Positions 36,751 through 49,869 of a DNA stretch of 64,000 bases are shown here, piece by piece. The notes beneath the pieces are model-generated. The model saw only the letters and a program-made list of their open reading frames with translations, did not search any database and was not told the origin of the DNA. The stretch spans positions 9,860,001 to 9,924,000 of the forward strand of contig CM052817.1 of assembly GCA_028534125.1 (NCBI GenBank), read 5' to 3'. Position 1 is the stretch's first letter. Each line of letters opens with the position of its first letter. Source of the stretch: Lama glama. Taxonomy: Eukaryota. The position numbers were made by a program, and so were the translations under genes.

Positions 36751-38439
36751 AAACAACAAGGAAAGTCAGCCTTTGCCAACTTCCCTACCAATTTGTCTTC
36801 TCTCAGTGTTAGTAGAAGTTAAAAATGGAAGAGCGTGCTGGACAATTTTGGGAGAGGGCAGGGAGAAAGGAAGAAGGGCGAGAAAGGGGATAGTGAAAGA
36901 AAAAGGAATGAAATGGGACTGAAAGATCTTTCTGACACACTTGAACACATTTAACCTGGGGTTGCAAACGCAGAGTCAGAGCAATCTCTTGTTAATACTG
37001 TACCCACCGCAGAGAAAATTCATCAACCACAAACCTTTCTAACCAAGTCCTTTCATGTCCTTACCATTCTTCTCAAGACAAGTCTCTAGGCAACCATTAC
37101 CAATCTAACAGTTTGAAAAAGAGAAGGAACCTGTCTACCTCACTGGGTCATCTTCTGAGCCTGGTAGGAGAGACGTGGATATTTTGAGTATATGCCACAG
37201 GTTGAGCCTGACATATCCTGCCTTCTCCTGTTGAGGCCACTGCTTTAGCCCCTTAGTATGGCAGAGCTGAGGACTCTCAGTGAGGTGGTTTTCTAACAGG
37301 ATTGTCTTTGGTTCCCACAACTCAGGTGAAAGGTAAGGAAATTGACAAATTGAACAATCTGCTCAAATTCCACAATGGGAAAGTGGTAGCCCTAGTGAAT
37401 CCCCTTCTACTACCCGTTCAAATGCTCAGAATCATAGACCCTGAAGCTAAAATGATGCCATCAGGTCTAAGCAATTTGTTTCACGGATTAGGAAACAGAG
37501 GCCCAGAAAATTAAAGGTCTTTCCAATGCTCACGTCCAATAGCAGAAGTTAATCTCAGGGCTAGAGGCCAAGGCTCTTAATTCCTAGGGAACTGCCCTTT
37601 ACCTCAATTTCAGCAGAGCTAAACAATGCAACTTGGCTGACTTCAAACTTTTGGCTCACCCATTTGGCTGATCTGTGCTTTGAAATGAAGTGGGGAAAGA
37701 GGTGGCTTCTTACAAATTCTGATTCACAGCCTGAAGCATTTCCTGTACCTTCATTTTCTTATAAAAGTTACAGACTTGGGTTAAGTTTAAAATTTACCTG
37801 TCTGAACAGGATGCTAAAGATGTGAAATATGTTGCTCTGACAGATTTTGTTATTGCCTTTGACTGAGTGTTTTCATAGGAGGTATTTTGTGCAAGATGCT
37901 GAGACTTTTTATTAAGAGAGAAATGCTTGAAAAATCTGATGAGTTATTGATGGATAAACCTAACCTCACTAACTTCTTGAATTTGTCTAATAGATGCACA
38001 GCCTCTCAATAGAGGGACTTTCAGAGCTGGACCTTGTGACTTAAGGACAGTGAGACAAAGTGGGGTTGTCATTTTTTGAGAAATGCTGGGAGCCAGGTGC
38101 TCACCTGTATCCACTCAGCCTCTACAAAGGCTATGTGAGATGAGCCCCAGTTATGGATAAGGAAGCTGAGACCCAGAGAGGTTTTCCATCAACCAGCATC
38201 TGTACCTACACACTGTACCACCTCAGCCACCATCACAGATGATACTGGAAGCCAATCACTTTGTGACCAGCTCCTACACCTCTTGCCTGTCCAAGTACAT
38301 TTTCCCAGAAATTCCTCTCTGTTCTCTGTAACATCGGTTTTTTGTTTTTTGGTTTTTGGTTTTTGGTTTTTTTTGCTTTTCATTATTCTCTTCAGCACAC
38401 GATCATACAATTAGTTTTCCCACTTAACAAAACAGACAT

Positions 38440-39560
38440 ACAAACAGAAAAATACTTCTTTTCTACCTGTGTTGATGATCTCATGTCTCAGCTCCCTTTA
38501 GCAGCAAAATTCCATGGAAGAATTGATGACACTTACTGATTCCCAGTCTTTCCTTCCATTCTCTTTTGAACTTACCCCATCTGGTTTTTGGCCCATCACT
38601 CTACCAAGAGAGCTCTTGCCAATTTCATGATGACCTCTATGTTGCCAAATCCACCGGTCCTTCTTCAGTGTTCAGCTTCCTTGGCATTTGACTCGATTGA
38701 CCACAGCATCCTCAGAAACATACCTTCTTCGTGTGTCTTCCAGGATACCGCCTGCTCTTGGTTTATGTCCTGCCTCATTGCCCACTCCTTCCTTGTCTCT
38801 TGCTGCTTCCTGTTTTTCATCCAGAGCTCTTCATGTTGGAAACCCAGGTCTCAGTCCTTGGAGTCCATCCACTCCTTTGCTTGCCTCTAATCTCATGGCT
38901 TTAAATACCATCCACGCACTGATGACTCTCACAATTATCTCTCCTTTCCAGACCTCTTTACCAAACTCCAGACTCAAATATTCAACTCTCTCTTGAAATC
39001 TCCGATTGGCTATTTAAGAGCTATCCCAAATTTAATACATCTGAGGGGACTAATCTCCATCCACTCCCCCCATTGTCCCAAAAGCCCTGCTCAATTCTCA
39101 GGCTTCACCCATCTCAGTTGGTACTTTCTCCTTTCAGTTAGTCAGTCCAAGATCCTTGGAGTTGTCCTTAGCTTTCTCTTTGTATCCCACACTCACACCA
39201 GAGAATGCATTCATTGTACTTTCAAAATATATCTAGAATTTGCACATAAATTGGCATTTTTCATCTTATCCCTATGATCCAAGATATGCTCACTTCTTAT
39301 CTGGATCCTGGCAACAGTCTCCTACCCAGTCCCTGCTTTCGCAGCTTGTAGTATATTTTCCATAAAGCAGTCAAAGTTGTCCCCTTAAAACACAAATCAT
39401 AGCAGGACACTCTTCTGCTCAAGATTCTCCAATAGCTCCTTATCTCTCTCGAGCAAAAGCCGAGATCCTTACTGTGGGTCTCAAGGCCCGATGATCTCTC
39501 AGACCTTGTCTCTTATTTCTCCTCCACCTTGGTCCCTCCTCCAGCCTCACTGGTCTCCTT
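38440..39560 (+). mobile_element. L2 fragment
   Basis: atgacctctatgttgccaaatcc, tctcatggctttaaatacca, actcttctgctcaagattctccaatagctcc. Confidence 0.7.
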
Positions 39561-40925
39561 CATTCCCCAGCACAGTGTTCACCTAGTACTCACCCCTCAG
39601 CAAATGCCAAAGCCAGCCACCCTGACCCCAGGTTCCAGCCCGTCCCAAGTGAGAAAGGCTTTTTTTGGAATTATGGACCCAGGCCACAAGAGGTCACAGG
39701 TACCCCGACTTCCCACACAAGTCTGTCACCTCCCTTAACCCAGCATCTTCCCTCCTGCCACTCAGGCCTGAACCCAAATCTACTCAGAAAGAGTGGAGTC
39801 AGTCCTCACTCTGGGTCCAGCCCTGGAAGGTGGGATATTTCCAAGATGGGGAAGAACAGTGGCCATTCTGTCACCTTGAGAGACACTCACAGTTATGAGC
39901 CAGCCCACCCCCACCAAAACCTACCCCAATGCAGACATTCAACTGCACATCTAGTCCTCATTATCAACATCAACCCAGAACACCACCTCCACTATATTTC
40001 AACACCTCCCCATCCAAATACTCACTCTTGGCTCCTTCTACAGCCCCAGCCCAATAGGGCCCTATTAGCAACCTTATCCCCAGGTCTCTCCCATCTCCAA
40101 CTCAGTCCTATCACCCAAAACCATCCAACCCTATCTTCATGCCATGTTGATTGTCTTTCCCAAACTCACTTGCATTCCCAATGCTGTCATCAGACTCCCC
40201 TTCCTCAATTTGCTGTTTTTAATGCCTATTATTCATTGTCAATTTTGATTGAACCAGAGAGGGATGAGGTTCCTTGGACATGGTCCAGGATCAGGACAAC
40301 AGAAGCATCTACCTGTTCAATAAAATTTACCAACCGGAATTACACTCTAATTATCACTGGAGATACTCAGGAGAGAAAGGGTGAGGGTCCTGGAACATGG
40401 GGAAAGGGGAGATGGAGAGGGTCTCATGAGACATTTACCACAACAATGTGGAGGCAGGGTGTGTGCTCTCTGTTGTATGAATACATATATGGACATCTGT
40501 GTGCATATGGACACACACAATCCTCTCCCTTTCTTATATAAAAAGGAACATACTATATATAGTTTAGCACTTTGCTTTTTCCATTGAACAATACATACTG
40601 GATATCTCTCCATATTAATGCACACAGATAGTCCTCATCACTTTTAATGGCTGCATAATACTCCATAGTGTAGCTATCTCCCAGCTTGTCCAGCCAGTCC
40701 CCTATTGCTAAGCATTTAGATTATTTTCAGTCCTTTGCCTTTTCAGACACTCCACGGTGAATTACCTTGCATATACAGCATTTCTTACTTATGCAGGTGT
40801 AGTTGGACAGACTCCTAGGAGCACAATTACTGGATCAAAGATAAAGGCATCTATGCTCTTCCCAAATACCAACCGATTCTCTTCAACAGGGATCATCCCA
40901 TTCTGCATTTGTTAGCCTTTCTTTT

Positions 40926-42061
40926 TTTTTTTTAATTTTTTTGCATTCATTTTAATTTTTATTTGTTTATTTTTTAAACTTTTTTTTATCGAGTTATAGT
41001 CATTTTACAATGTTGTGTCAAATTCCAGTGTAGAACACAATTTTTTAGTTATACATGAACATACATATATTCATTGCCAATTTTCTTTTCCTCTGTGAGC
41101 TACCACAAGATCTTGTATATATTTCCCTTTGCTATACAGTGTAATCTTGTTTATCTATTCTACATTTTGAAATCCCAGCCTGTCCCTTCCCATCCCCCCT
41201 TGGCAACCACAAGTTTGTATTCTATGTCTATGAGTCTGTTTCTGTTTTGTATTTATGGGTTTTTTTTGTTTTTTGTTTTTGTTTTGTTTTTTAGATTCCA
41301 CAAAAAAAGTGATACCCTATGGTATTTTTCTTTCTCTTTCTGGCTTACTTCACTTAGAATGACATTCTCCAGGAACATCCATGTCGCTGCAAATGGCATT
41401 ATGTTGTCAGTTTTTATGGCTGAATAGTATTCCATTGTATAAATATACCACTTCTTCTTTATCCAGTCATCTGTTGATGGACATTTAGGCTGTTTCCATG
41501 TCTTAGCTATTGTAAATAGTGCTGCTATGAACATTGGGGTGCAGGTGTCTTTTTGAAGTAGGGTTCCTTCTGGATATATGTCCAGGAGCAGAATTTCTGG
41601 GTCATATGGTAAGTCTATTCCTAGTCTTTTAAGGAATCTTCACACTGTTTTCCATCGTGGCTGCACCAAACTGCATTCCCACTAGCAGTGTAGGAGGGTT
41701 CCCCTTTTCTCCACAGCCTCTCCAGCATTTGTCATTTGTGGACTTTTGAATGACGGCCATTCTGACTGGTGTGAAGTGATATCTCATTGTAGTTTTGATT
41801 TGCATTTCTCTGATAATTATTGATATTGAGCATTTTTTCATGTGCCTATTGATCATTTGTATTTCTTCCTTGGAGAATTGCTTGTTTAGGTCTTCTGCCC
41901 ATTTTTGGGTGGGGTTGTTTGTTTGTTTTTCTTATTAAGTCGTATGAGCTGCTTATATATTCTGGAGATCAAGCCTTTGTCGGTTTTATTTGCAAAAATC
42001 TCCTCCCATTCTGTAGATTGTCATTTTGTTTTACTTATGGTTTCCTTTGCTGTGCAGAAGC
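40926..42061 (-). mobile_element. Young lineage-specific L1, 5'-truncated (~1.1 kb), with TSD
   Basis: TSD agcctttctttt at 40914 and 42062, followed by a TTTT/AA endonuclease-type site. ORF2 C-terminal peptides [12 protein letters not shown]... and MFIAALFTIAKTWKQPKCPSTDDWIKK.... Confidence 0.92.
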
Positions 42062-44466
42062 AGCCTTTCTTTTTAAAACAGATTTATGTGTTTTAAAAAA
42101 GTGGCTCATTTTAGAAAGTTTTTTTTTAAGTGAATCATAGTTACAGAAGGACTTAAATTGTGAGGAGCTGTGCAGAGAATGCGAAGGGGTTAACTGTGGA
42201 CACCAAAATGCTAACAGGTCAGTGATATGATTGGATAATCAGTCATAGTATGAATGTTATTTTTATACAGTTAATTAACTGTAGGTTGAATGTGACCTGG
42301 TCCCCCACACTGAGGTCTGGGGTCTTCTCCACGAATTCCTTAATTGTCAAGACTTTGTGTTGGGTCTTGTTAGCAGTCTGCTCTGCCCTTGACCCTGTCT
42401 GCCAAGTCACCTTGTGTCTGCCAATGGACACTAATGATACCTTTGTAAGTGGAATTTAAATGACCTTTTCTAATGTGGGAACTCCCACTAATAACAGCGA
42501 AAACAACCCTTTGTACAGAGGTGTGTGTTTCCAAGCACACACTGACACATAGCACCACTTATAATGATGGCAAATATTTCTCTAGGGCACACTTCGTGCC
42601 GAACACTGTTCTAAGCGCTTTATTGCTGTAAACTCATTTAAACCTCAGAAGAACTCTATAAAGAAAATACGGTTATAAATATGTCTCATTTCATTTGAGA
42701 AAGCTAAGGCAAAACTGGGTTAAAAATGGATTTGAACAATTTGCTCCCTGTCTTAGGAGTACTGAACAACAGACTTGGAATCTGAATACAGTCAGTCCTG
42801 TGACCGCAGCGGTCCGGCGCAGCGGATAAAGGCAGCTGTCACAGTCGTCTCCATTTCACAGATGAGCAAACTAAAACAAGTCTCCAAGAGGTCAGATGCC
42901 TTATCCAGCATCTCACAGCCTAATCGATGGAAGAGCGAGGATTAAAATCTTTCTTGTAATCTTACATCACATCCTCTTCTTCATGCCATTTTCCGTGTCA
43001 GACTCTTTAATGTGATATAAAATTACCGTATTATCCATTCATTATAACTAACATTTCAGTTATAAAGAAAATCACATTTCCCTTTTTTAGGATGTAGATC
43101 TTTTTTAGTGCAGGGAGATGATTTATAAGAAAGTTCCAAGTCTGAGGAGGGAGTGCCCCATCTTGAATTCTCGTCACCTGGTGGAGGCTCCACGGGGGAT
43201 TTATTTGTAGTATGCTTGTATATTCGCTCAGCATCCTCAATGAGATGTCTGGACTCCTCAGTCCTTGGTTTTGTCCCCCATAGTTTAAATATAAGGGTAT
43301 CAGGGGTCCATGGGAAGGAAACCCATTATTACCGAAGAACATTTGCCTTCTGTTGGAAGGGAACATGAAACCATTGTCTCAGGACACAGCAAGCAGCGTG
43401 AGGTTTAGGGAACAGACTGAAGGTGACAGACTGTTTTAAGTCTTAACTCCTCTGTTCCCTGGTTATATAAATTTGGGCATGTTCAGCCAGACAGAACCTA
43501 TTTTTTCATTTGCAAAGTGGGGATAAAAATTCCCATCTCACATAAGCGTTGCCTGAATTGAATGAGAAAACGTCTGTAACATGCCTAGCTGGGTGCTGTA
43601 ACAGCCGATGTGCTCCATAACCAACAGCAACTTAAACCGCTTCAGTATGGCTCCAGGCACCATTGGGGGCTGCCCTCTATTCTAACAGGCTTTCTCCTCT
43701 GGATCTAAACTATTTAAATGTACCTGGAGGAGTAAGAGAAGTCCAGACCAACTGAGATGGATTGGGCTTATGTCAGACCCCGGGAAATCAAGGTTGTTCT
43801 CCCAGGCTATTCTGCACGAACGATGCAGCCAGAGGGAAGGCAGGGGACTCTTCCACCCATCCCTCTGAAGCCTGTGGTGAAGGAAAGTGGAAATGGGGCA
43901 AAGAGTGTAAGAATAAGAGACCTGCAAGCTGGAAGAAGACTTCAGGATATTATCTGGTCTAGTTCCTCACCTTCAGGTAAGCAGGATATTCATTATTTCC
44001 TTTTTCCAGATGAGGCACCAGTGGTCCAACTGGGCTAAATGACCTGGCCTGGTAGTGCTGGGGGCGGTGCCAAGGAGATGACACCCAGGTTTCAGTGAGT
44101 TCCCACTCGCAGATTCAGATGCTGACAGGGTGGGTGACGTAGGCACAGGGGACGGGGCACAGGGGAGCAGCCGGAAGTACTCTGCTGCAGTCAGTTGTTG
44201 TTGTGTGCCCTGGGGTGTTGCTAGATCTTCAAGGGTTTTTTGAGAAGCAAGGAGGCAAGAGCATTTAGATTTTTATGCAAACTTTTTAGAATGTTGGTGA
44301 CTAATTACAAATGTTAAGAATACTGTGCAGGACTCCAAAACCACAGGTTAGCTGGTCTCCTTTCCTAGCTTTGCATTAAGTTCCACGCCCTGCAGAAGAG
44401 GCTGGTCTGGTGTCTCACTAAACCCAAGTCCCAGTGCAATGTGTTGGTAGCCTTAATAGTCTTCCG

Positions 44467-44468
<2 letters not shown>

Positions 44469-44500
<32 letters not shown>
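44469..44500. repeat. (GT)16 microsatellite
   Basis: Perfect dinucleotide run. Confidence 0.95.
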
Positions 44501-44503
<3 letters not shown>

Positions 44504-45325
44504 GTTCTTTGTGGGTGGGGAATGGCTTTTTACTGCAGTGTACCATACATACAGAAAAGTACATAAATCATAAATATATACTTTGATGACTTTTCACAAA
44601 GTTAACACACCATGTAATGGCCCCTCAGTTCAAAAAACCACATTTTCACCACCTTTGAAGCTTTCTTTAGGCGGTTTGCAGTAATTATTCCCCAAAGGTA
44701 AACCACATCCTGTCTTCCTACACCACAGGAAATTTTTGTCTTTTTCTGATCTTTATGTAAATGAACCACAGAACATATATGCTTCCTTGTTTGGCTTTGT
44801 CAGGTCAGCATTGTGTTTGTGAAATTCATCCCTGTTGCATGTTGTAATGTTCTCAGTTTAATTAATGTATAGAATTTTACTGTGTGAATATAACGTTGCG
44901 TATTCTACTCTTGATGAGCGTTTTGGTAATTTCCAGTTTGGGGTTATTGGGAATAATGCTGCTACCTTCTCACACATGCCTCTTGGCGGACCTGTAGACA
45001 CAGTTCTGTTGAGTACATATTTAAGGAGTGGATGGCTGAGTCATAGGTTATGCACGTGTTCAGCATTTGTAGTTGCTACCAACAAAGTTTTCCAAGGTGA
45101 TGGTCACAACATACAGGCTCCAGTGGGTGAAAGTTCCATTTGTTCCACATCCTTGCCAGCACTTGGCATTGCTTATCATTTCCATTTTAGACATTTTGGA
45201 GGGTGTAAGGAGACACTGCCCTGTGATTTTAGATCTGCTTTCCCTTTAAATTTGTATGAGATTGCTCTTACTGTCAGTGGTACCACTTCTACTTAATCCA
45301 TATACTACTATGGAACCCATTTAAT

Positions 45326-45917
45326 GTTTTTTAAACTTTTTGTATTGAGTTATAGTCATTTTACAATGTTGTGTCAAATTCCAGTGTAGAGCACAAATTT
45401 TCATTTATACATGAACATATATATATTCATTGTCACATTTTTTTCGCTGTGAGCTACCACAAGATCTTGTATATATTTCCCTGTGCTATACAGTATAATC
45501 TTGTTTATCTTTCTGCATATGCCTGTCAGTATCTAAAATTTTAAACTCGCAGTCTATCCATTCCCACCCCTGCCCCTTGGCAACCACAAGTTTGTATTCT
45601 ATGTCTATGAGTCTGTTTCTGTTTTGTATTTATGTTCATTTTTTTTTTAAATTTCACATAGGAGTGATCTCATATGGTACTTTTCTTTCTCTTTCTGGCT
45701 TACTACACTTAGAATGACATTCTCCAGGACCATCCATGTTGCTGCAAATGGCATTATGTTGTCAGTCTTTATGGCTGAATAGTATTCCATTGTATAAATA
45801 TACCACTGCTTCTTTATCCAGTCATCTGTTGATGGACATTTAGGCTGTTTCAATGTCTTGGCTATTGTAAATAGTGCTGCTATGAACATTGGGGTGCAGG
45901 TGTCGTTTTGAAGTGGG
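45326..45917 (-). mobile_element. Young lineage-specific L1, 5'-truncated, with 14-bp TSD
   Basis: ggaacccatttaat at 45312-45325 and 45918-45931; highly similar to the copy near 41 kb. Confidence 0.92.
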
Positions 45918-47578
45918 GGAACCCATTTAATATTAATTCCTAAAATGGCTCTCCTTTGCTTTCAGAGTAGGGCTAAACCCTTTCAACTTTTCTCCCACCA
46001 TAACACCTAAGTGTCTCCACTAAGCAAGTCACACTGAGCATCTGTTCATGCTTTTCTCCCAGATTTGGTCTTTCTGTGTGTTGTTCTGTCTGCCTGGAAC
46101 CTCATTCTTTGACATCACTGCCTGGCTGACATGTGTTCAACCCTCAGGACTCAGCTCATACATTGCCTCCTCCAGGAAGCCTCTCTTGACTTTCATGACT
46201 TAGCTGCTCATACAGTTCCAAAATGGCCAATTTGCTTATTAATATCAATTCTTTAAGGGTAAAGGCAATTTATGTGTTGGCCCTGGTGTATGAGCAGCAA
46301 ATATTTGTTGAATGAATAAACAAATGAGTCCATTAATATGGGAGACTTGGAAAGGGGAACAAAATTAGAGATTTGACTGCGGTATTTATCTAAGAGGGAG
46401 TAATAATAATAATAATAATAACAGTAACAACCACCATAATATTCTGTGTCCCCTTTTGATCAATTGGCTAAAAGCAAAGGGTTGGTTTTGGAAAGCACAA
46501 CACATTCTTCATTCAGTTCAACTCCAGTTTTGAAAGGATATTGAGAGATGCTCTAGGCTAATGCAAAAATGCATTCCTTTAATCACAGAGGTTGCCCAGG
46601 AAGCCACGAGGAAATTGACTAAAGCGGATGATTCACTACTGTGTTCAGTGAGAAGTTGTTTCAACCCTGCCCTGAAGGCCTGGTGAACAGAGAGGTGTCA
46701 TGTCCTTTCAGGTGTCTTCAGGCTCAAACATGGTCAGTACAAGTTCGATCAGTTAGTATATCCCTCCAGATTTCCAGAACAGGAAAGCTCTTATAATCCA
46801 AAAATCACCTAGGGAGCAATGGGCCACCAATGAGTCATCTGATTTATCTTTAAATGTCATACTGTGATTCGTATTGAACAATAATATATTGATTGGCTCC
46901 AGACTTAAAAGTGTTGGTGGACAAAACTATCGATGCATGAGCCAGGCTTAAGAAACACCGCTCTGAAGCAGTTGCCAATGAATGCCAGTGATATCAGACC
47001 AAAATAAGGAGAAGAAACCTTGAATCCATAATCCAGGTGGGGCATCTTGACTTCTCCAACTTCAAATAATCAGGATGGGTTGAGAGAAAATCTCCTGCTA
47101 GTGAAACTCACTCTTTACAGTTGTTTTAAGAGCACAATATAATTTTGAAGTGATTTTCTTTCTCTAAAAAGTAACAGGATGGAGAAATCAATATATAGCC
47201 CTACGAAGATGTCTTTGTCCTGTGGGAGACAAGCCATCCCCTCCATATCCCTCCCACTAGTGTGAGCTCTACAAAGGGAGGGGCTGGTCTTCTCCGTCTC
47301 TGCCTAGTGCCTGGGTGTAATAGATGCTCAATGACTGTTAGAATTAAGTGGTATTTGTAACCCATACATTGGCTGTCTCTGACCGTGGGTTTCGTTTCTG
47401 CCATGCAGCAACTTTGAAGCACAACTCATCACTTCTTTACATTCATAAAGAACTCATTGCCTTAGCCTCCAATGTCAATTTTACTGAAAGACTCTTGGGA
47501 AAAATAGAGAGAAAAATTTACTTACAGAGCATGCAGCATTTCCTCCTCCAAATCCTCATCAAACATGTACTTCCAACA

Positions 47579-47621
<43 letters not shown>
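47579..47621. repeat. (TC)n microsatellite
   Basis: About 21 units with one interruption. Confidence 0.9.
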
Positions 47622-47623
<2 letters not shown>

Positions 47624-48235
47624 ACTTTTAGACACTGGATTCTGTCTCTTCAAAAGTAGAACTTCTCCCTTAGGGAGTCCATATTTCCCAAGGTGTAAGA
47701 TATGAATCCATGAAAGACACTTTTTGGTTAAACATGTAATGATTTTAGATCATTCCTAGAAAGAACATAATACTGAATCTTGTAGTAAGAAAACTACTCC
47801 CTTTAAATTTCTTTCTCGATTAAGTTACCTCAAAGACAATGATTTCAGTTTGCTGTTATTATGTCACTTTTTTTTTTCAATGCCCATCTTTTTTCTTTTC
47901 TTTTTCTTTCCTTCCAACAGAGAGATAGCAGGTCTCAGGCTCAGAGCCTAGATGAGGCAGTGGCTTCTAGCTAGACTTTAATAACCTGAATTTCTTCATA
48001 TTATATTTATTTGCATAATTACTTTCTCTCTATATAAAATTGTACTAGCTTTTATTTTAATGTGGTGAAATAAACCTTTCTTTTAAAACAAATTTAAATT
48101 CAAAATTGAATCAATTTAAAGATAATAGTAATTGATAACTTTAGAAAAGTAGAAATATTTGGAGTTTAGAAAAATGACATAAGACCAAATTGGGATTTCT
48201 TGTTATTGTTGTTAAAAACAGAAATTCTGGTATTG

Positions 48236-48490
48236 TGTAATGGCTAATTTTTGTGTCATGGTACCCAGATAGTTGGTCAAACATTATTCTGGATTTTGCT
48301 GTGAAGGTATTTTAAACATATGGTTAACATGTAAATCAGTAGACTTTGAGTAAAGCAGATTACTCTCCATAATGTGGGTGGGCCTCACCCAATCAGTTGA
48401 AGGCTTTTATAGACAAAGACTGACCTCACCCAAGAAAGAAGAAATTCTGTCAGCAGACTGCCTTTGGACTCAAACTGCAGTTCTTCCTTG
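48236..48490 (+). mobile_element. MLT2 LTR fragment
   Basis: tggtcaaacattattctgga, gagtaaagcagattactctccataatgtgggtgggcctcacccaatcagttgaaggc. Confidence 0.8.
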
Positions 48491-49519
48491 GTATCTGCAA
48501 AACACACGTCTTTTCTGTGAACTGCTGGCACTGTGCTCTGAAGTCCCCATTCCTGCCAAGAGGGCAGAAGAGGGGTTTAGCAAGGCGCGTAAGTGGCGCT
48601 TTCTCTTTTGAGATTTAAACTATTCTCTTCAGGGTTAACTCAGTCTCTTTGGGGTAAGTAGTAAGTTCAAAGATAAAACTGCTCCTTGGGGTTTTTTCTC
48701 CCTCTCTCAAGGGGTTTCTTCACCCCTTTATTCCCAGAGAGGCACCTGGGGGCAGAAAGGGGAGCAAGGAACAGGGGTGGGGTCTTGGCCCTTGGTTTCC
48801 GCTGGAGTATGTGCCTCCTGCTGGCTGGTTCCTGGTGGCTGCTCTGTTCCTGAGCTCTCAGCCCTGCGATCCCCTTCCTGGTCTGTATTCCAGGCCTCTC
48901 CAGAGCAAAATGCTCTCAAAGGAATGCAAAATACAATGATTTAGTCAGGCACAAACATTTAATGCCGTTATCCCCATTGTGTCTGTCCCCTTACAACAAC
49001 CCTGGGTGCAGTCTCTTGAGTTGCATTGCTTTTACTTCTCATGTGACTTCCATCCACGTCTCAGCAGTTGCCTCTCACTCCAGACTTCTCCAGGTGCCCA
49101 TTCTTGTTCCGCCACTCAGAGAATCCTTGAGCAGCGGACGGGGACCCCAACACTCTCGTTCTGTTGCTGCCATTGCCAGACAGACATTGTCAAACTGTCC
49201 TGAATTCAAATTTCGTTTCAGTTGTCCTACTATGTACGACTGTTTGTAAGTTACCTAGGATTTCCAAGCCTTAGTTTGTCTTAATTGTAAAATGGGCATA
49301 GTAATGCTGGTCTCAAAGGATGGTTATGGGTATTGAAAATAAGGGAATTAACCCATGTAAAGGAGCTGGATATGGAATTGGTATTCCAAAAAACAAACAA
49401 GCAAGAAAGGTAAGAGTAATTACTTACACTAGAATTCAGATTTCTCAGCATAGTCTATAACATTTCTCATGGTCTGGTCCCTGGGCCCTGTCTGCCACTA
49501 ATGCTTTTTTTTTTTTTCT

Positions 49520-49853
49520 AGCCAGCAAACTCTTGAACACCCAATGCAGTGTCCTATAATTCAGTTAGAATCTGACTCTAACCACCCAGAGTTAGTCTCA
49601 GACTCTGCAAATGGAGAGGCTCAGCCCACAAGACTGCATGCGCTTCAGAGGCCACTCATTAAATGTCAGGTCCCCAGGTGTCCTGCACTTTTGTCCAATT
49701 TGGCTACAAAGTCAAGGATTCCCACGACCCCCTCCCCGACCATGGTTCCCTAATTTGCTTCTATGGCTCACAGAGCTCAGTGACTGTCACACTGACTATC
49801 ACACTTTATCATAAAGGCTACAAGGGAACAACCACATGAAGAGGTACGCAGGG
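49520..49853 (-). mobile_element. MER21-like LTR, partial (putative 3' LTR)
   Basis: Colinear, diverged copy of ~52050-52336 plus 52857-52895 (gtgtcc.a.aattcagtt...ctgac...gttagtctcagac...gctcag.cc.ca..actg). Confidence 0.75.
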
Positions 49854-49869
49854 CTCTGTGCACTCCCAT

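Noticed and set aside
39846..40541. 231-aa ORF
   Set aside because: C-rich, compositionally biased sequence between old L2 and L1 remnants, with no recognisable protein similarity.
43172..43186. Second CTCF-like site (ccaccaggtgacg on the minus strand), and another near 61420
   Set aside because: Mismatches in the core GGC positions make them too weak to call without data.
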